DNA from: Candidatus Hermodarchaeota archaeon
GTDB lineage: Archaea > Asgardarchaeota > Lokiarchaeia > Sigyniarchaeales > SOKP01
Assembly: GCA_048885925.1 (NCBI GenBank)
Contig: JBHLLG010000023.1
Span: forward strand, 1 to 42,427
Direction of reading: 5' to 3'
DNA length: 42,427 nt
Shown here: piece by piece, positions 26,528-36,092 of the stretch
How the letters are laid out: every line of letters starts with the position of its first letter
Numbering within the stretch: the first letter of the stretch is position 1
The notes under the pieces: generated by a model
Told to the model about the DNA's origin: nothing
Seen by the model: the letters and a program-made list of their open reading frames with translations, nothing else
Databases searched by the model: none
Made by a program: the position numbers and the translations under genes

Positions 26528-27478
26528 CTATTTAAATGAATAATGGTCTGGTTCTGGATGTACTTTATTGACTAAATTAAGGTCAAAAATATCTTCTTGT
26601 TTTAAATTCTTTTTTATGTATCCTAAATTATGAAGAGTCTTTATGAATTTCATAGTTGCTTGTATATAACCTTCCGAGAGGGCTATACAATATTTTGGAG
26701 ATATTTTTAAAACCGCCTCCACATAATTTTTATCAATTATTTCAAATGATTTTGATATTTTTTCTGCTGCTATAGATGGTGAATCTCTTAGTAAATAAGA
26801 CGCATTTTTATGGTGAGTCAGAAATTTCAACACTAATTCAATATTGTTTTGAATAAACTTTTTATGGACAAATATTCCATAACTCGGATTATTTGGCCAT
26901 AATTCCTTTGCTTCAATGATTAAATGAGACTCCAAAATTGTTGATGTAAAGACAGCTAAAGCAGGAGTCCCAACACCTGCTTCCAAAAAACCATCTCTCA
27001 TATCCATAGCAATAAATTCTGCTTGTTCATAGTTTTTAATCGTAATTTCCTCTAATAAATTGAATCTTTTTAAATAATAATTTAATATGACATCATGAAT
27101 AGAACCTTTACTTGGAACACCTATTGTTTTTCCTTTGAACTGAGAAAAAACCCTATTTAAATCATTATCTAATTGCTTTTGTGTTTTATATCCTCTTTTA
27201 GCAACCACAATTGTTCCTTCAACATGACCTCCAGCTATGCATATGATTGGAACTTTTTGAGCAATTCCGATAATGGCAGGAGGTAGTCCCATATACCCGA
27301 TATCTAGTTTTTCTTCTTTAAATGCCTTAACCATAGCGGGTCCAGTTCCAAATAGAATCCAATTTATATCTACTTTTAAATCATTTGCTAAATCGTCATT
27401 TTCCATTAAAATATAGCTAGTGTGATATGCAGTTGAAAGGTGCCCAATCGTTAATTTATCTTTTCTAATTAAAATCAC
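26528..27478 (-). CDS. SsuA/TauA/NMT1-THI5-like solute-binding protein
   Basis: FGTGPAMVKAF..LDIGYMGLPPAI and GKTIGVPSKGSIHDV motifs; no obvious signal peptide. Confidence 0.8.
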   Translation of the reverse strand: MILIRKDKLTIGHLSTAYHTSYILMENDDLANDLKVDINWILFGTGPAMVKAFKEEKLDIGYMGLPPAIIGIAQKVPIICIAGGHVEGTIVVAKRGYKTQKQLDNDLNRVFSQFKGKTIGVPSKGSIHDVILNYYLKRFNLLEEITIKNYEQAEFIAMDMRDGFLEAGVGTPALAVFTSTILESHLIIEAKELWPNNPSYGIFVHKKFIQNNIELVLKFLTHHKNASYLLRDSPSIAAEKISKSFEIIDKNYVEAVLKISPKYCIALSEGYIQATMKFIKTLHNLGYIKKNLKQEDIFDLNLVNKVHPEPDHYSFK

Positions 27479-27496
27479 TATTTTGTTTCTAATTTA

Positions 27497-27511
27497 GAGC
27501 AGATATTGCAT
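27497..27511. promoter_or_regulatory. 15-bp operator candidate (site 2)
   Basis: GAGCAGATATTGCAT, between the divergent solute-binding and MoaD/SAMP genes. Confidence 0.4.
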
Positions 27512-27612
27512 TAATCTTTAATTTTTATAATACTTATAAATAAATGATATATACTTATTGAAATATTAGATATTTAATAGAATTGAAATCAAAATAGGTA
27601 CGATTTTTACCT

Positions 27613-27900
27613 GTGATAAATATAAAAGTTTTCTTCCTTTCATTATTAGCAGATAAATTTGGTAAAGAAGAATTCACTTTTAAGCTTGACCATGTTATTA
27701 CATTAAAGGATTTGTTAAATGAATTAAATTCTAAACTTGGAAGAGAATTTAAAGAAACTATTATTGCCTCGGAAGGTAAATTAAATAAATATATCATTTT
27801 AGGGTTAAATGGAAAAAGTATTGGTAAATTTGATGGTTTTGATACAATAATAAAAGATGGAGATGAACTTTCTTTTCTACCAGCTATCGCTGGAGGGTAA
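27613..27900 (+). CDS. MoaD/ThiS/SAMP ubiquitin-like sulfur carrier
   Basis: Beta-grasp pattern ending 'IKDGDELSFLPAIAGG' (C-terminal Gly-Gly). Confidence 0.92.
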   Translation: MINIKVFFLSLLADKFGKEEFTFKLDHVITLKDLLNELNSKLGREFKETIIASEGKLNKYIILGLNGKSIGKFDGFDTIIKDGDELSFLPAIAGG

Positions 27901-27923
27901 TGGAAATTCCCTTTTAAAAATTA

Positions 27924-27938
27924 ATGAAAAAATTGCAG
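27924..27938. promoter_or_regulatory. 15-bp operator candidate (site 3)
   Basis: ATGAAAAAATTGCAG, ~63 nt upstream of cysE. Confidence 0.45.
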
Positions 27939-28000
27939 GTAATTTTTTATTTCAATTAATTTTTTTCTATTTAATAAAAAATCTGTGAAAAAAATAAATA

Positions 28001-28840
28001 ATGAAAGAATTCTTAAATTGTTTAAATTGCGGTAAACTTTTAGGAGATAAAGAGAGAAATCATTATAATTTTTGTGCTGAATGTCTTTTAAAGTTAGATT
28101 TTAGTTTAGCAAAGTTAAATCATGAAGAGATAGACTTTAATTTACAAAAAATTTTAAATTTCTTTGTATCTGATGTTAGTGTTGCTTTTAATAAAGATCC
28201 CGCCGCTCAATCCCTCTTAGAAGTTTTAACAAGTTATCCAGGTGTTAAAGCTATCTTATTGCATCGGATTGCTCACTTTTTTTGGAAGATTAAAATGCCA
28301 TTTGTACCAAGATATATTTCAGAAATTACTAGGGAACTTACTGGAATAGAAATTCATCCTGGTGCCGAAATTGGGAAAGATTTTTTTATTGATCATGGAG
28401 GGGGCGTTGTCATTGGAGAAACAGCAAAGATTGGTGATAATGTTACAATATATCAGGGAGTTACCTTAGGAGGAACAATGACAGATCCAGTTAAAAGGCA
28501 TCCAACTTTAGGGAACAATGTTGTTGTGGGTACTGGAGCAAAATTATTAGGCCCTATAACTATTGGAGATAATGTAAAAATTGGAGCAAACTCTGTGGTT
28601 ATTACCGATGTCCCTTCCAATTCGGTAGTAGTTGGCGTCCCAGGAAAAATTATATCACAAGAAGGAAAGACAATAAAAAAAATAGATTTATCTCATGGAG
28701 ATTTACCTGATCCATTAGTAATCACTCTTTCTTCGATAAATCGAAGAATAGAATTTCTTGAAAAACAATTGAATATTGAATCTGAGAGTAAAGAAGACGA
28801 TATTGAAATTTTTTTTGGTTTAAATGGAGGAGGAATTTAG
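28001..28840 (+). CDS. cysE: serine O-acetyltransferase with N-terminal CxxC...CxxC extension
   Basis: [34 protein letters not shown] and KRHPTLG (hexapeptide repeats). Confidence 0.95.
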   Translation: MKEFLNCLNCGKLLGDKERNHYNFCAECLLKLDFSLAKLNHEEIDFNLQKILNFFVSDVSVAFNKDPAAQSLLEVLTSYPGVKAILLHRIAHFFWKIKMPFVPRYISEITRELTGIEIHPGAEIGKDFFIDHGGGVVIGETAKIGDNVTIYQGVTLGGTMTDPVKRHPTLGNNVVVGTGAKLLGPITIGDNVKIGANSVVITDVPSNSVVVGVPGKIISQEGKTIKKIDLSHGDLPDPLVITLSSINRRIEFLEKQLNIESESKEDDIEIFFGLNGGGI

Positions 28841-28871
28841 AAAACTAAATATGGATATGAGGTGAAAAAAT

Positions 28872-29801
28872 TTGGGAAGAATTTATAACAATATTATTGA
28901 AACCATTGGAAACACACCTTTAGTAAGGCTTAATAGAATTACTGAAGATATTGAACCTAATATCTTTGCAAAAATTGAAGCTTTCAATCCTGGTGCAAGT
29001 GTTAAGGATCGTATTTGTATATCTATGATTGAAGCAGCTGAAAAAGCTAAAATTATAGACAAAAATACCATTATTGTTGAACCTACTTCAGGAAATACCG
29101 GCATTGGTTTAGCATTAGTGTGTGCTGCCAAAGGCTATAAATTAATTCTAACAATGCCAGAGAGTATGTCAATTGAAAGAAGAAAAATATTGAAGGCGTT
29201 CGGCGCGGAGTTAATTTTAACTCCCGCAGATAAAGGTATGAGAGGAACTATTGAAAAAGCGGAAGAATTAGCTAAGGAGAACGATAAAGTATTCATTCCT
29301 CAACAATTCAAGAATCAAGCTAATCCGGAAGTTCATCGCAAAACAACTGCGGAAGAAATTATAAATGATTTAGATAATAAAATTGATGGTTTTGTTGCAG
29401 GAGTTGGAACTGGAGGTACTATAACAGGTGTTGGAGAAATTCTTAAAAAGAAAGTAGGAGAGCATGTGAAGATATATGCTGTAGAACCAATTCAATCTGC
29501 AGTTTTATCAGGTGGAAGTTCAGGTCCACATAAAATACAAGGTATAGGAGCTGGCTTTGTGCCAGATGTATTAAACACAAACATTTATGATGAAATAATT
29601 CAAGTTAAATATGAAGATGCAGTAGAAACCGCAAGAAAATTGGCTAAACTTGAGGGTATATTGGTTGGTGTTTCTGCGGGAGCAGCAACATGGGCAGGAA
29701 TCAATGTTGTTGCTAAGAAATTTAAGAAAGGACAAAATATTGTGATAATTTTACCGGATACTGGTGAAAGATATTTATCGACTGATCTATTTGAATCCTA
29801 A
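28872..29801 (+). CDS. cysK: cysteine synthase A (O-acetylserine sulfhydrylase)
   Basis: NPGASVKDRI (PLP Lys), EPTSGNTG, GVGTGGT, HKIQGIGAG and PDTGERYLST motifs; GAGGTGA before the TTG start. Confidence 0.96.
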   Translation: MGRIYNNIIETIGNTPLVRLNRITEDIEPNIFAKIEAFNPGASVKDRICISMIEAAEKAKIIDKNTIIVEPTSGNTGIGLALVCAAKGYKLILTMPESMSIERRKILKAFGAELILTPADKGMRGTIEKAEELAKENDKVFIPQQFKNQANPEVHRKTTAEEIINDLDNKIDGFVAGVGTGGTITGVGEILKKKVGEHVKIYAVEPIQSAVLSGGSSGPHKIQGIGAGFVPDVLNTNIYDEIIQVKYEDAVETARKLAKLEGILVGVSAGAATWAGINVVAKKFKKGQNIVIILPDTGERYLSTDLFES

Positions 29802-29817
29802 TATCAATATTAATTTG

Positions 29818-29846
29818 AAATCCTTTTGATTTTAGGGATTTTTTTG
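29818..29846 (+). terminator. possible terminator after cysK
   Basis: AAATCC...GGATTT hairpin running into a T-tract. Confidence 0.3.
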
Positions 29847-29878
29847 GATAAAATGAAAAAAAATAAGAGATAGTAAAA

Positions 29879-30424
29879 ATGACCGATAATAATTTAAATT
29901 TAGATGAAATTGACTTGAAATTAATTTCATTGTTAAAGGAAGATCCAAACTTAACTCATACCCAAATTGCGGAAATTGTCAATCGAAGTCAACCAACTGT
30001 AGGAGCTAGATTGAAGAAACTTAAGCGCAAAGGCATCCTACAGATTCAAGCGGGATTCAATTTTAAAAAACTTAATATTCATTTAGCTTTAGTAAACTTA
30101 AATACAAAAAATCCAAATGAAATAATGGAAATGGTTGAGTACTGCCCCTTCATGCTCAACGCTTTTAGGATCGTTGGAAAAAATAATATTACTATTTTAT
30201 TAGTTAATACAAAAATTAAAAAAATTGAAAGAATTGTGAATCACCATTTTAGAAATAATCCTCAAATTCTAGAAGTATCTATGGACATAATAACTGATAT
30301 TACTAAGGATCTTATTCTACCTATTAATGCTGATTCAGAAATTCTTAAACCAATCTTAGAAGATGGTTGTGATGCTAACTGTAAATATTGTAAATTTAAA
30401 AAAATAATGAGATATAATACGTAA
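29879..30424 (+). CDS. Lrp/AsnC family regulator with C-terminal CxxxCxxC
   Basis: LDEIDLKLISLL..TQIAEIVNRSQPTVGARLKKL HTH; GCDANCKYC tail. Confidence 0.9.
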   Translation: MTDNNLNLDEIDLKLISLLKEDPNLTHTQIAEIVNRSQPTVGARLKKLKRKGILQIQAGFNFKKLNIHLALVNLNTKNPNEIMEMVEYCPFMLNAFRIVGKNNITILLVNTKIKKIERIVNHHFRNNPQILEVSMDIITDITKDLILPINADSEILKPILEDGCDANCKYCKFKKIMRYNT

Positions 30425-30520
30425 ATACAACTTTTATGTTTATTTAAAAAACTGAATTCTTTCGATTTTATTCTACTAATATTTAAGGTTTAATTGATAA
30501 TTCATTTTGGATTGGAAAAT

Positions 30521-30790
30521 TCAAAGTTTCTTTAGTTTTAACAACCAAATATCTCTATCTGGATTAATCTCTTTTACTTCTAATAGATCTGCCAAATTTT
30601 GACGCTTACAATTTTCAGGAATATTTTTAATAGCATGAAGGAAGTCTAATTCAACTTCTAATATATCCCCCTTACTTAATTCTTCAAGAGCTAGCTTAGT
30701 ATAGACAAAAGTCATAGGGCACATTTGGCCTTTTATATCAATTCTTTTTATTTTCAATTCATTATAAATTTTTGAGTTTTCTATTGACAT
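30521..30790 (-). CDS. tusA: TusA/SirA family sulfurtransferase
   Basis: IDIKGQMCPMT..LEELSKGDILEVELD..NIP motif. Confidence 0.9.
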   Translation of the reverse strand: MSIENSKIYNELKIKRIDIKGQMCPMTFVYTKLALEELSKGDILEVELDFLHAIKNIPENCKRQNLADLLEVKEINPDRDIWLLKLKKL

Positions 30791-31587
30791 ACATCCTCAA
30801 TCCTATAATCATAAGTTTTAACCAAATCTTCAGCATTAATCCCACATGCGATACAATTTTCATCTCTATAAATATCAATAAAATTAAAGGCATTGCGTAG
30901 AAGATCTACATATAAAATCTTATTTGTTATTAAATCTCCTACATTTAAAATGCTTTTAATTGCCTCATTTGCTTCTATACAACCAAGAATTCCTGGAATT
31001 AATCCTATAACTCCTGCTTCAGAACAAGACATTCCAGTAGGAGTGTTTGTTATGTCACCAAAAAGACATCTATAACAAGCAGTTTTTGCATCTGGAACTG
31101 TAGTCATTATTTGACCATGGAATCTTAACACTCCTGCTATAGTAAATGGGATCTTTAAATTAACACATACATCATTAATTAGCATTTTGGTAGGGAAATT
31201 GTCTGATCCTTCTATAACGAAATCAGAGTCTCTAATAATTTCTTTGGCGTTTTTAGGCGTGATTTTATCGAAAATAGCTTCGATATGGCAATCTGGGTTT
31301 AATAGATTAAGCTTTTCAATGGCACTCTCCGTTTTTTTCTTGTTAATATCTTTTGTGTAATGGAGAATCTGCCTATGTAAATTCGATGGATCAACTAAAT
31401 CATAATCAACAATTCTTAGAGTACCAATTCCAGCACCCACTAGATAATAAGCAGATGGTGATCCAAGAGCTCCTAGACCAATTAGCGTTATTTTTGAATT
31501 TAATAATTTTTTTTGGCCTATGCCACCAACCTCCTTAAGGACAATTTGACGAGAATATCTTTTAATCTGTTCTTCTGTTAGATTCAT
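30781..31587 (-). CDS. moeB: MoeB/ThiF/UbaA E1-like adenylyltransferase
   Basis: RYSRQI, GLGALG, SNLHRQ, GSDNF, CYRC and CIACG motifs. Confidence 0.92.
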   Translation of the reverse strand: MNLTEEQIKRYSRQIVLKEVGGIGQKKLLNSKITLIGLGALGSPSAYYLVGAGIGTLRIVDYDLVDPSNLHRQILHYTKDINKKKTESAIEKLNLLNPDCHIEAIFDKITPKNAKEIIRDSDFVIEGSDNFPTKMLINDVCVNLKIPFTIAGVLRFHGQIMTTVPDAKTACYRCLFGDITNTPTGMSCSEAGVIGLIPGILGCIEANEAIKSILNVGDLITNKILYVDLLRNAFNFIDIYRDENCIACGINAEDLVKTYDYRIEDVCQ

Positions 31588-31647
31588 CTTCTTCTATTCA
31601 TATAATAAAGCCTAAGATATTAAAATTTTAAACTTATATAAAATAAA

Positions 31648-31662
31648 ATGCAAAAATTGCAT
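31648..31662. promoter_or_regulatory. 15-bp palindromic operator candidate (site 4, best match)
   Basis: (AA)ATGCAAAAATTGCAT(TT), just upstream of a TATA-like TTTATATA on the minus strand before moeB. Confidence 0.6.
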
Positions 31663-31956
31663 TTAGATATTTAAAGAATGATTGCTAATTTGATCAAAAG
31701 GAATTTAATTCAATCATTTATTGGATTTCGCAACCGATTAATTTAAAAGTTTAATCTTTCCTCCTCTTTTATATTATTAGATTGAAATATTCTTCCTTTT
31801 CTTCTTTTTCTTAAAATTTTATAAGAATTTTCTTATTTTTCATATGAAATTATAAAAAAAAAGAGTTGCCACCTCTTCTAGGTAGAATAAAAGAAATTTA
31901 AAGGTGCTTACCTAATGTTTAATTAATTCAAAATAAATTTTTTCGAGAAGATAAAT

Positions 31957-32694
31957 ATGGAAAAAGAATATCACTTTATTAAAGTTGAAAGAAAAGGTAA
32001 AGTCTCTATAATTAGGTTTAATCGCCCTGAAAAGAAAAATGCTTTAAGTGAGGCCATGAGAACAGAGCTAATTGATGCTTTAAACTCTCTTAAAGAAGAA
32101 CAAAGAATTAAAGCTGTAATTTTTTATGGTGGAGAAGATTTTTTTTCTGCAGGGTTTGATAGGGATGAAGTCCAAGCAATAGTACAAGGAAAAGGAGATT
32201 ATCAACAATTTATCGATTCCAACCATCTTTTTCATCAAACAATTTTCGATTTTCCTAAATTATTAATTGCTGCCGTGAATGGATATGCTCTTGCAGGTGC
32301 TTTTGACCTAGCAGTTATTTGCCATCTTCGGATTGCTTCAAAGGGCTCACTTTTTGGTCATCCCGAGATAAGGTTTGGTGCATGTCCTTTATTTTTTCCC
32401 TATATGACACTTGTAGGACGTGGAAAAGCATTAGAAATTACATTGAATACAGGAACTAAGGATACTTTTCTTACTGCGGAAGAAGCATATCGATTAAATA
32501 TTATAAACAAATTAACTGTTAAAGGAGAAGCTTTGAATGAGGCTATTAATCTAGCAAAGCAGATTATTCAATCTCCTGATTATGTAGTAAAACAATTAAT
32601 ACAAGTGAATAATATATTTTTCAATCAAGTTAAAGCATTTGATGCTGAAATAGATAGCATCATTAAAAGTATGAGTACATTTTTAGGGATTTAA
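31957..32694 (+). CDS. enoyl-CoA hydratase/isomerase family protein
   Basis: FNRPEKKNALS, FSAGFD, AAVNGYALAGAF and FGHPEIRFG motifs. Confidence 0.92.
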   Translation: MEKEYHFIKVERKGKVSIIRFNRPEKKNALSEAMRTELIDALNSLKEEQRIKAVIFYGGEDFFSAGFDRDEVQAIVQGKGDYQQFIDSNHLFHQTIFDFPKLLIAAVNGYALAGAFDLAVICHLRIASKGSLFGHPEIRFGACPLFFPYMTLVGRGKALEITLNTGTKDTFLTAEEAYRLNIINKLTVKGEALNEAINLAKQIIQSPDYVVKQLIQVNNIFFNQVKAFDAEIDSIIKSMSTFLGI

Positions 32695-32756
32695 TTACTT
32701 TTTTTATTTTATTTTTATTAATAAACACATATATAATTTTTTGAGATGAAGATTCT

Positions 32757-33734
32757 ATTAGAGCTGCTGTATTTGAAGATATTAAAAAAATTGTTTATAA
32801 AGAAGATTATCCTAAACCTGTTCATGGTCCAGATGAACTATTAATTAAGGTTCATTACTGTGGAATTTGTGGAAGTGATATAAGTAATTTTAAATATCAG
32901 ATTTATCAAGTTCCATTAATAATGGGACATGAGATATCTGGAGAAATAATTGAAATCGGTAAGGATATTACTGACATGAATATTGGAGATAAGGTAATTG
33001 CCATGAATGTTTCAATGCATATTACGGGACAATTAAAAGGATTAGGTATATTTGAAGATGGAGGATTTGCTGAATATGTAAAGGTAAGTAAAAATAACAT
33101 ATTTTTTCCACCTAAATCGATTTCAACTAAAGAAGCTGTTATGATTGAAACCTTTGCTAATATTATGAGAGCTTTAAAATGGTTGAATATCGAAAATAAT
33201 CAGAAAATTATAATAATTGGGGGTGGAAGTATCGGTCTAGCTTTTCTAGTTACTTTAGTCAGCGAAAAAAAACTGGAGTATGTAGTTTTGGTAGAACCCC
33301 ATGAATTTTTAAGGGAAAAAGCAATAGAATTTGGTGCTTCAAATGCCTTTCCTCCAAACAAAACAAAAATAAAAAAATTTATGAAAGAATATGGCCATCC
33401 TTCATTTATTTTTGATTGTGTAGGAAGCCAAGAAACTTTAAAGTTAGCAATCGATTTAATTCAAAGAGGAGGAACTATACTATTGGAGGGCGTACAAAAA
33501 GGTAAAATAGAATTACTTCCATTTGACCTTATAAACAAAGAAATTTGTCTAAAAGCGTGTTTAGGACATGATCGTGAAGATATTTTAGCAGCTATAGATT
33601 TGTTTGCTAAAAATAAAGTAGATACTAAAACATTTATTTCAAAAGTAGTTCCTTTAAAAGATTTACAGAAAAATTTTGAAAGATTTCTTGAACCTAGTGG
33701 TAGGGATTTCATTAAGATTTTAGTAGAGATATAA
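32757..33734 (+). CDS. zinc-binding (MDR) alcohol/threonine-type dehydrogenase; probable ATT start
   Basis: The frame is open 55 codons upstream of the track start: (I)RAAVFEDIKK...IKVHYCGICGSD...MGHE; GGGSIG NAD motif. In-frame TGA at 32742, with no ATG/GTG/TTG between it and 32922. Confidence 0.85.
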   Translation: MRAAVFEDIKKIVYKEDYPKPVHGPDELLIKVHYCGICGSDISNFKYQIYQVPLIMGHEISGEIIEIGKDITDMNIGDKVIAMNVSMHITGQLKGLGIFEDGGFAEYVKVSKNNIFFPPKSISTKEAVMIETFANIMRALKWLNIENNQKIIIIGGGSIGLAFLVTLVSEKKLEYVVLVEPHEFLREKAIEFGASNAFPPNKTKIKKFMKEYGHPSFIFDCVGSQETLKLAIDLIQRGGTILLEGVQKGKIELLPFDLINKEICLKACLGHDREDILAAIDLFAKNKVDTKTFISKVVPLKDLQKNFERFLEPSGRDFIKILVEI

Positions 33735-33858
33735 GACAATTCCTACTTCAATTTGTCTTTTTTTATATGTCTATATGATTCAAAATGAAAGATATAAATA
33801 CTTTTATTTTTAAGAAAATTTTAAACTCATAATTGAGCATTGAAAAGGTTAAATATAA

Positions 33859-34824
33859 TTGTCATTTAAAGGAGTAGAAGAAGCATTTAGAAGACTTAGA
33901 GAGGTTGTTAATAAAACCCCAGTTATGACTTCAAGGACCCTTAATTTGCTACTAAAAGCAGAAATTTACTTTAAATGTGAAAACTTTCAAAGAATTGGTG
34001 CTTTTAAGTTTCGAGGTGCTTATAATACAATAAATTTGCTTTCCGAAGAAGAAAAGAAACGAGGTGTAATTACTCACTCAAGTGGTAATCATGCTCAAGC
34101 TGTAGCTCTAGCAGCATCTTTATTAGGGATTCAAGCAACAATAGTAATGCCCAAAGGAGCCCCTATAAGTAAAATCAATGCAACTAAAGGTTATGGTGCT
34201 AAAATAGTATTTTGTGATAATAATTTAGAATCTAGAGTTCAAACTACCAATGAATTAATTGAAAAAAATAAACTAATTCTAATTCATCCCTATGATAATG
34301 ATAATATAATTAATGGTGCGGGAACGGTATCTTATGAATTTATTCAAGAAGTCGGTAAATTTGATATCATGATTACTCCACTTGGAGGTGGTGGATTATT
34401 GAGTGGGACTGCTATTGTTACTAAAAAATTGTGTAAGACTGCACAAGTTATTGGAGTAGAACCTTCTATAGCTGATGATGCTTTGAAATCTATTAAAGCA
34501 GGTTATATTATACCAAGTACTTATCCAAATACCATTGCTGATGGTTTACGTACTTCTCTTTCTGAAAGAACTTTTAATATTATTCGCAAATTAGTAGATC
34601 AAATCATAACTGTATCAGAAATGGAAATAATTGAAGCAATGAGGTTTTTATGGGAACGAATGAAAATAATTGTTGAACCTTCTGGAGCAGTGCCATTAGC
34701 AGCTATATTATCAAAAAAACTTTCAGCAGAGAATAATAGGATTGGAGTAATTTTAAGTGGGGGTAATATTGATTTAGAACCTTTTTTTCAACTATTAGAA
34801 AAAAAATTGTATGAGTTATGCTAG
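33859..34824 (+). CDS. PLP-dependent threonine/serine dehydratase (serine racemase-like)
   Basis: FKCENFQRIGAFKFRGA, SSGNHAQA, GGGGLLSG, EPSGA and SGGN motifs. Confidence 0.92.
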   Translation: MSFKGVEEAFRRLREVVNKTPVMTSRTLNLLLKAEIYFKCENFQRIGAFKFRGAYNTINLLSEEEKKRGVITHSSGNHAQAVALAASLLGIQATIVMPKGAPISKINATKGYGAKIVFCDNNLESRVQTTNELIEKNKLILIHPYDNDNIINGAGTVSYEFIQEVGKFDIMITPLGGGGLLSGTAIVTKKLCKTAQVIGVEPSIADDALKSIKAGYIIPSTYPNTIADGLRTSLSERTFNIIRKLVDQIITVSEMEIIEAMRFLWERMKIIVEPSGAVPLAAILSKKLSAENNRIGVILSGGNIDLEPFFQLLEKKLYELC

Positions 34825-36092
34825 AACAATTAAATAAATTATTCAAAAACATAGAACTTTCTTGGATTGATTCAGTAGAAGAAATTGATCTTTCTGATGA
34901 ATTTTTCAATCTTAAATCTATATTTCCAAACTTAGAGAGAATTTTTCAAGATGCTAAAGAGAAAAATAGAGATGAACTTCAAAGAACAATAAGACATATA
35001 TTTAGATCATATAAGATATTCTTTTTAATAAAAACTGGAGAATTCTATCATGAAACTCTTTCAAAAGAATCAATAATTAAAATCCAAGAGAAAGTTATAA
35101 ATCAAGACACTCAAAACGAATTAATCATTCCAATAATTTTAATGTATCATGATATTGGTAGATACCTTGATAATAAAAAACATCCTTATCATAGCTATCA
35201 ACTTATTTCAAATTTTAGATTGCTTGAACCATTTGAGCTTTCAAGTGTAGACAAATTACTTATCACCAATTTAATTCAGTATCACTTATTAATTGCTACT
35301 ATATATACTGGTGAATCTACCTTTTATGGGATTTATTCTTTATTGAATGATCCAGAATTTATTAGGATGATCTCAATGGAAAATGCCATAGATAGATTTA
35401 TTGATTTATTAGAAACTTTTACTTATATTGATATTCTTGGTTATTATTATACTAAAATATTTGACCATTATATTAAGTTTTACAATGAAATTAGTTTTAA
35501 TTTGAAAATTATTTTAAAAATTTGGCCAAACAAAGAGTTAATCTTAAAAAAAGCAAAAGAATTTTCACAAGAATGGTTAGATTGGAGGCTTGCTGGTGCC
35601 CTTAGAATATTCCAATTTGTTGAAACACAACCACATTTAACCAAAGAATTTTATTATAATAAAATAAAAGACAGTATAAAGGAAACTAATAATCGATTAC
35701 TTAATGAACTTAACTGGGATTCAATAAGGAACCAGTATTTGATCCATTCTTATAAAGTACAATTGAGATATTCCTTAGCATTTTTGATGATACTAGCATT
35801 TGGGAGTTTTCAACGTATGGGATTAAAAATTAATGCTGGTGTATCATACAAATTAATTTTGTTCTGGACCTTGCTTTTAAAGGAAATAGAATCAAGATCT
35901 AAAAATAACCCTAAATCTCTATGGAATATTTTTTTAGATGGAATGCCTCATTGGTCAAAAATAAATGAAATTTTTATAGAAAAGTTAAGTGATAATAATC
36001 TTAAGGCTTTGATTCATAATTCCAAGCAAAAATTCGATAAAGATAAGGATGAATTTAATCTTTTTTTAGATTTTAGACATATATTCAAATAA
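34818..36092 (+). CDS. HD-domain-like hypothetical protein
   Basis: RHIFRS...MYHDIG...HPYHS...QYH...YIDI. Confidence 0.6.
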   Translation: MLEQLNKLFKNIELSWIDSVEEIDLSDEFFNLKSIFPNLERIFQDAKEKNRDELQRTIRHIFRSYKIFFLIKTGEFYHETLSKESIIKIQEKVINQDTQNELIIPIILMYHDIGRYLDNKKHPYHSYQLISNFRLLEPFELSSVDKLLITNLIQYHLLIATIYTGESTFYGIYSLLNDPEFIRMISMENAIDRFIDLLETFTYIDILGYYYTKIFDHYIKFYNEISFNLKIILKIWPNKELILKKAKEFSQEWLDWRLAGALRIFQFVETQPHLTKEFYYNKIKDSIKETNNRLLNELNWDSIRNQYLIHSYKVQLRYSLAFLMILAFGSFQRMGLKINAGVSYKLILFWTLLLKEIESRSKNNPKSLWNIFLDGMPHWSKINEIFIEKLSDNNLKALIHNSKQKFDKDKDEFNLFLDFRHIFK

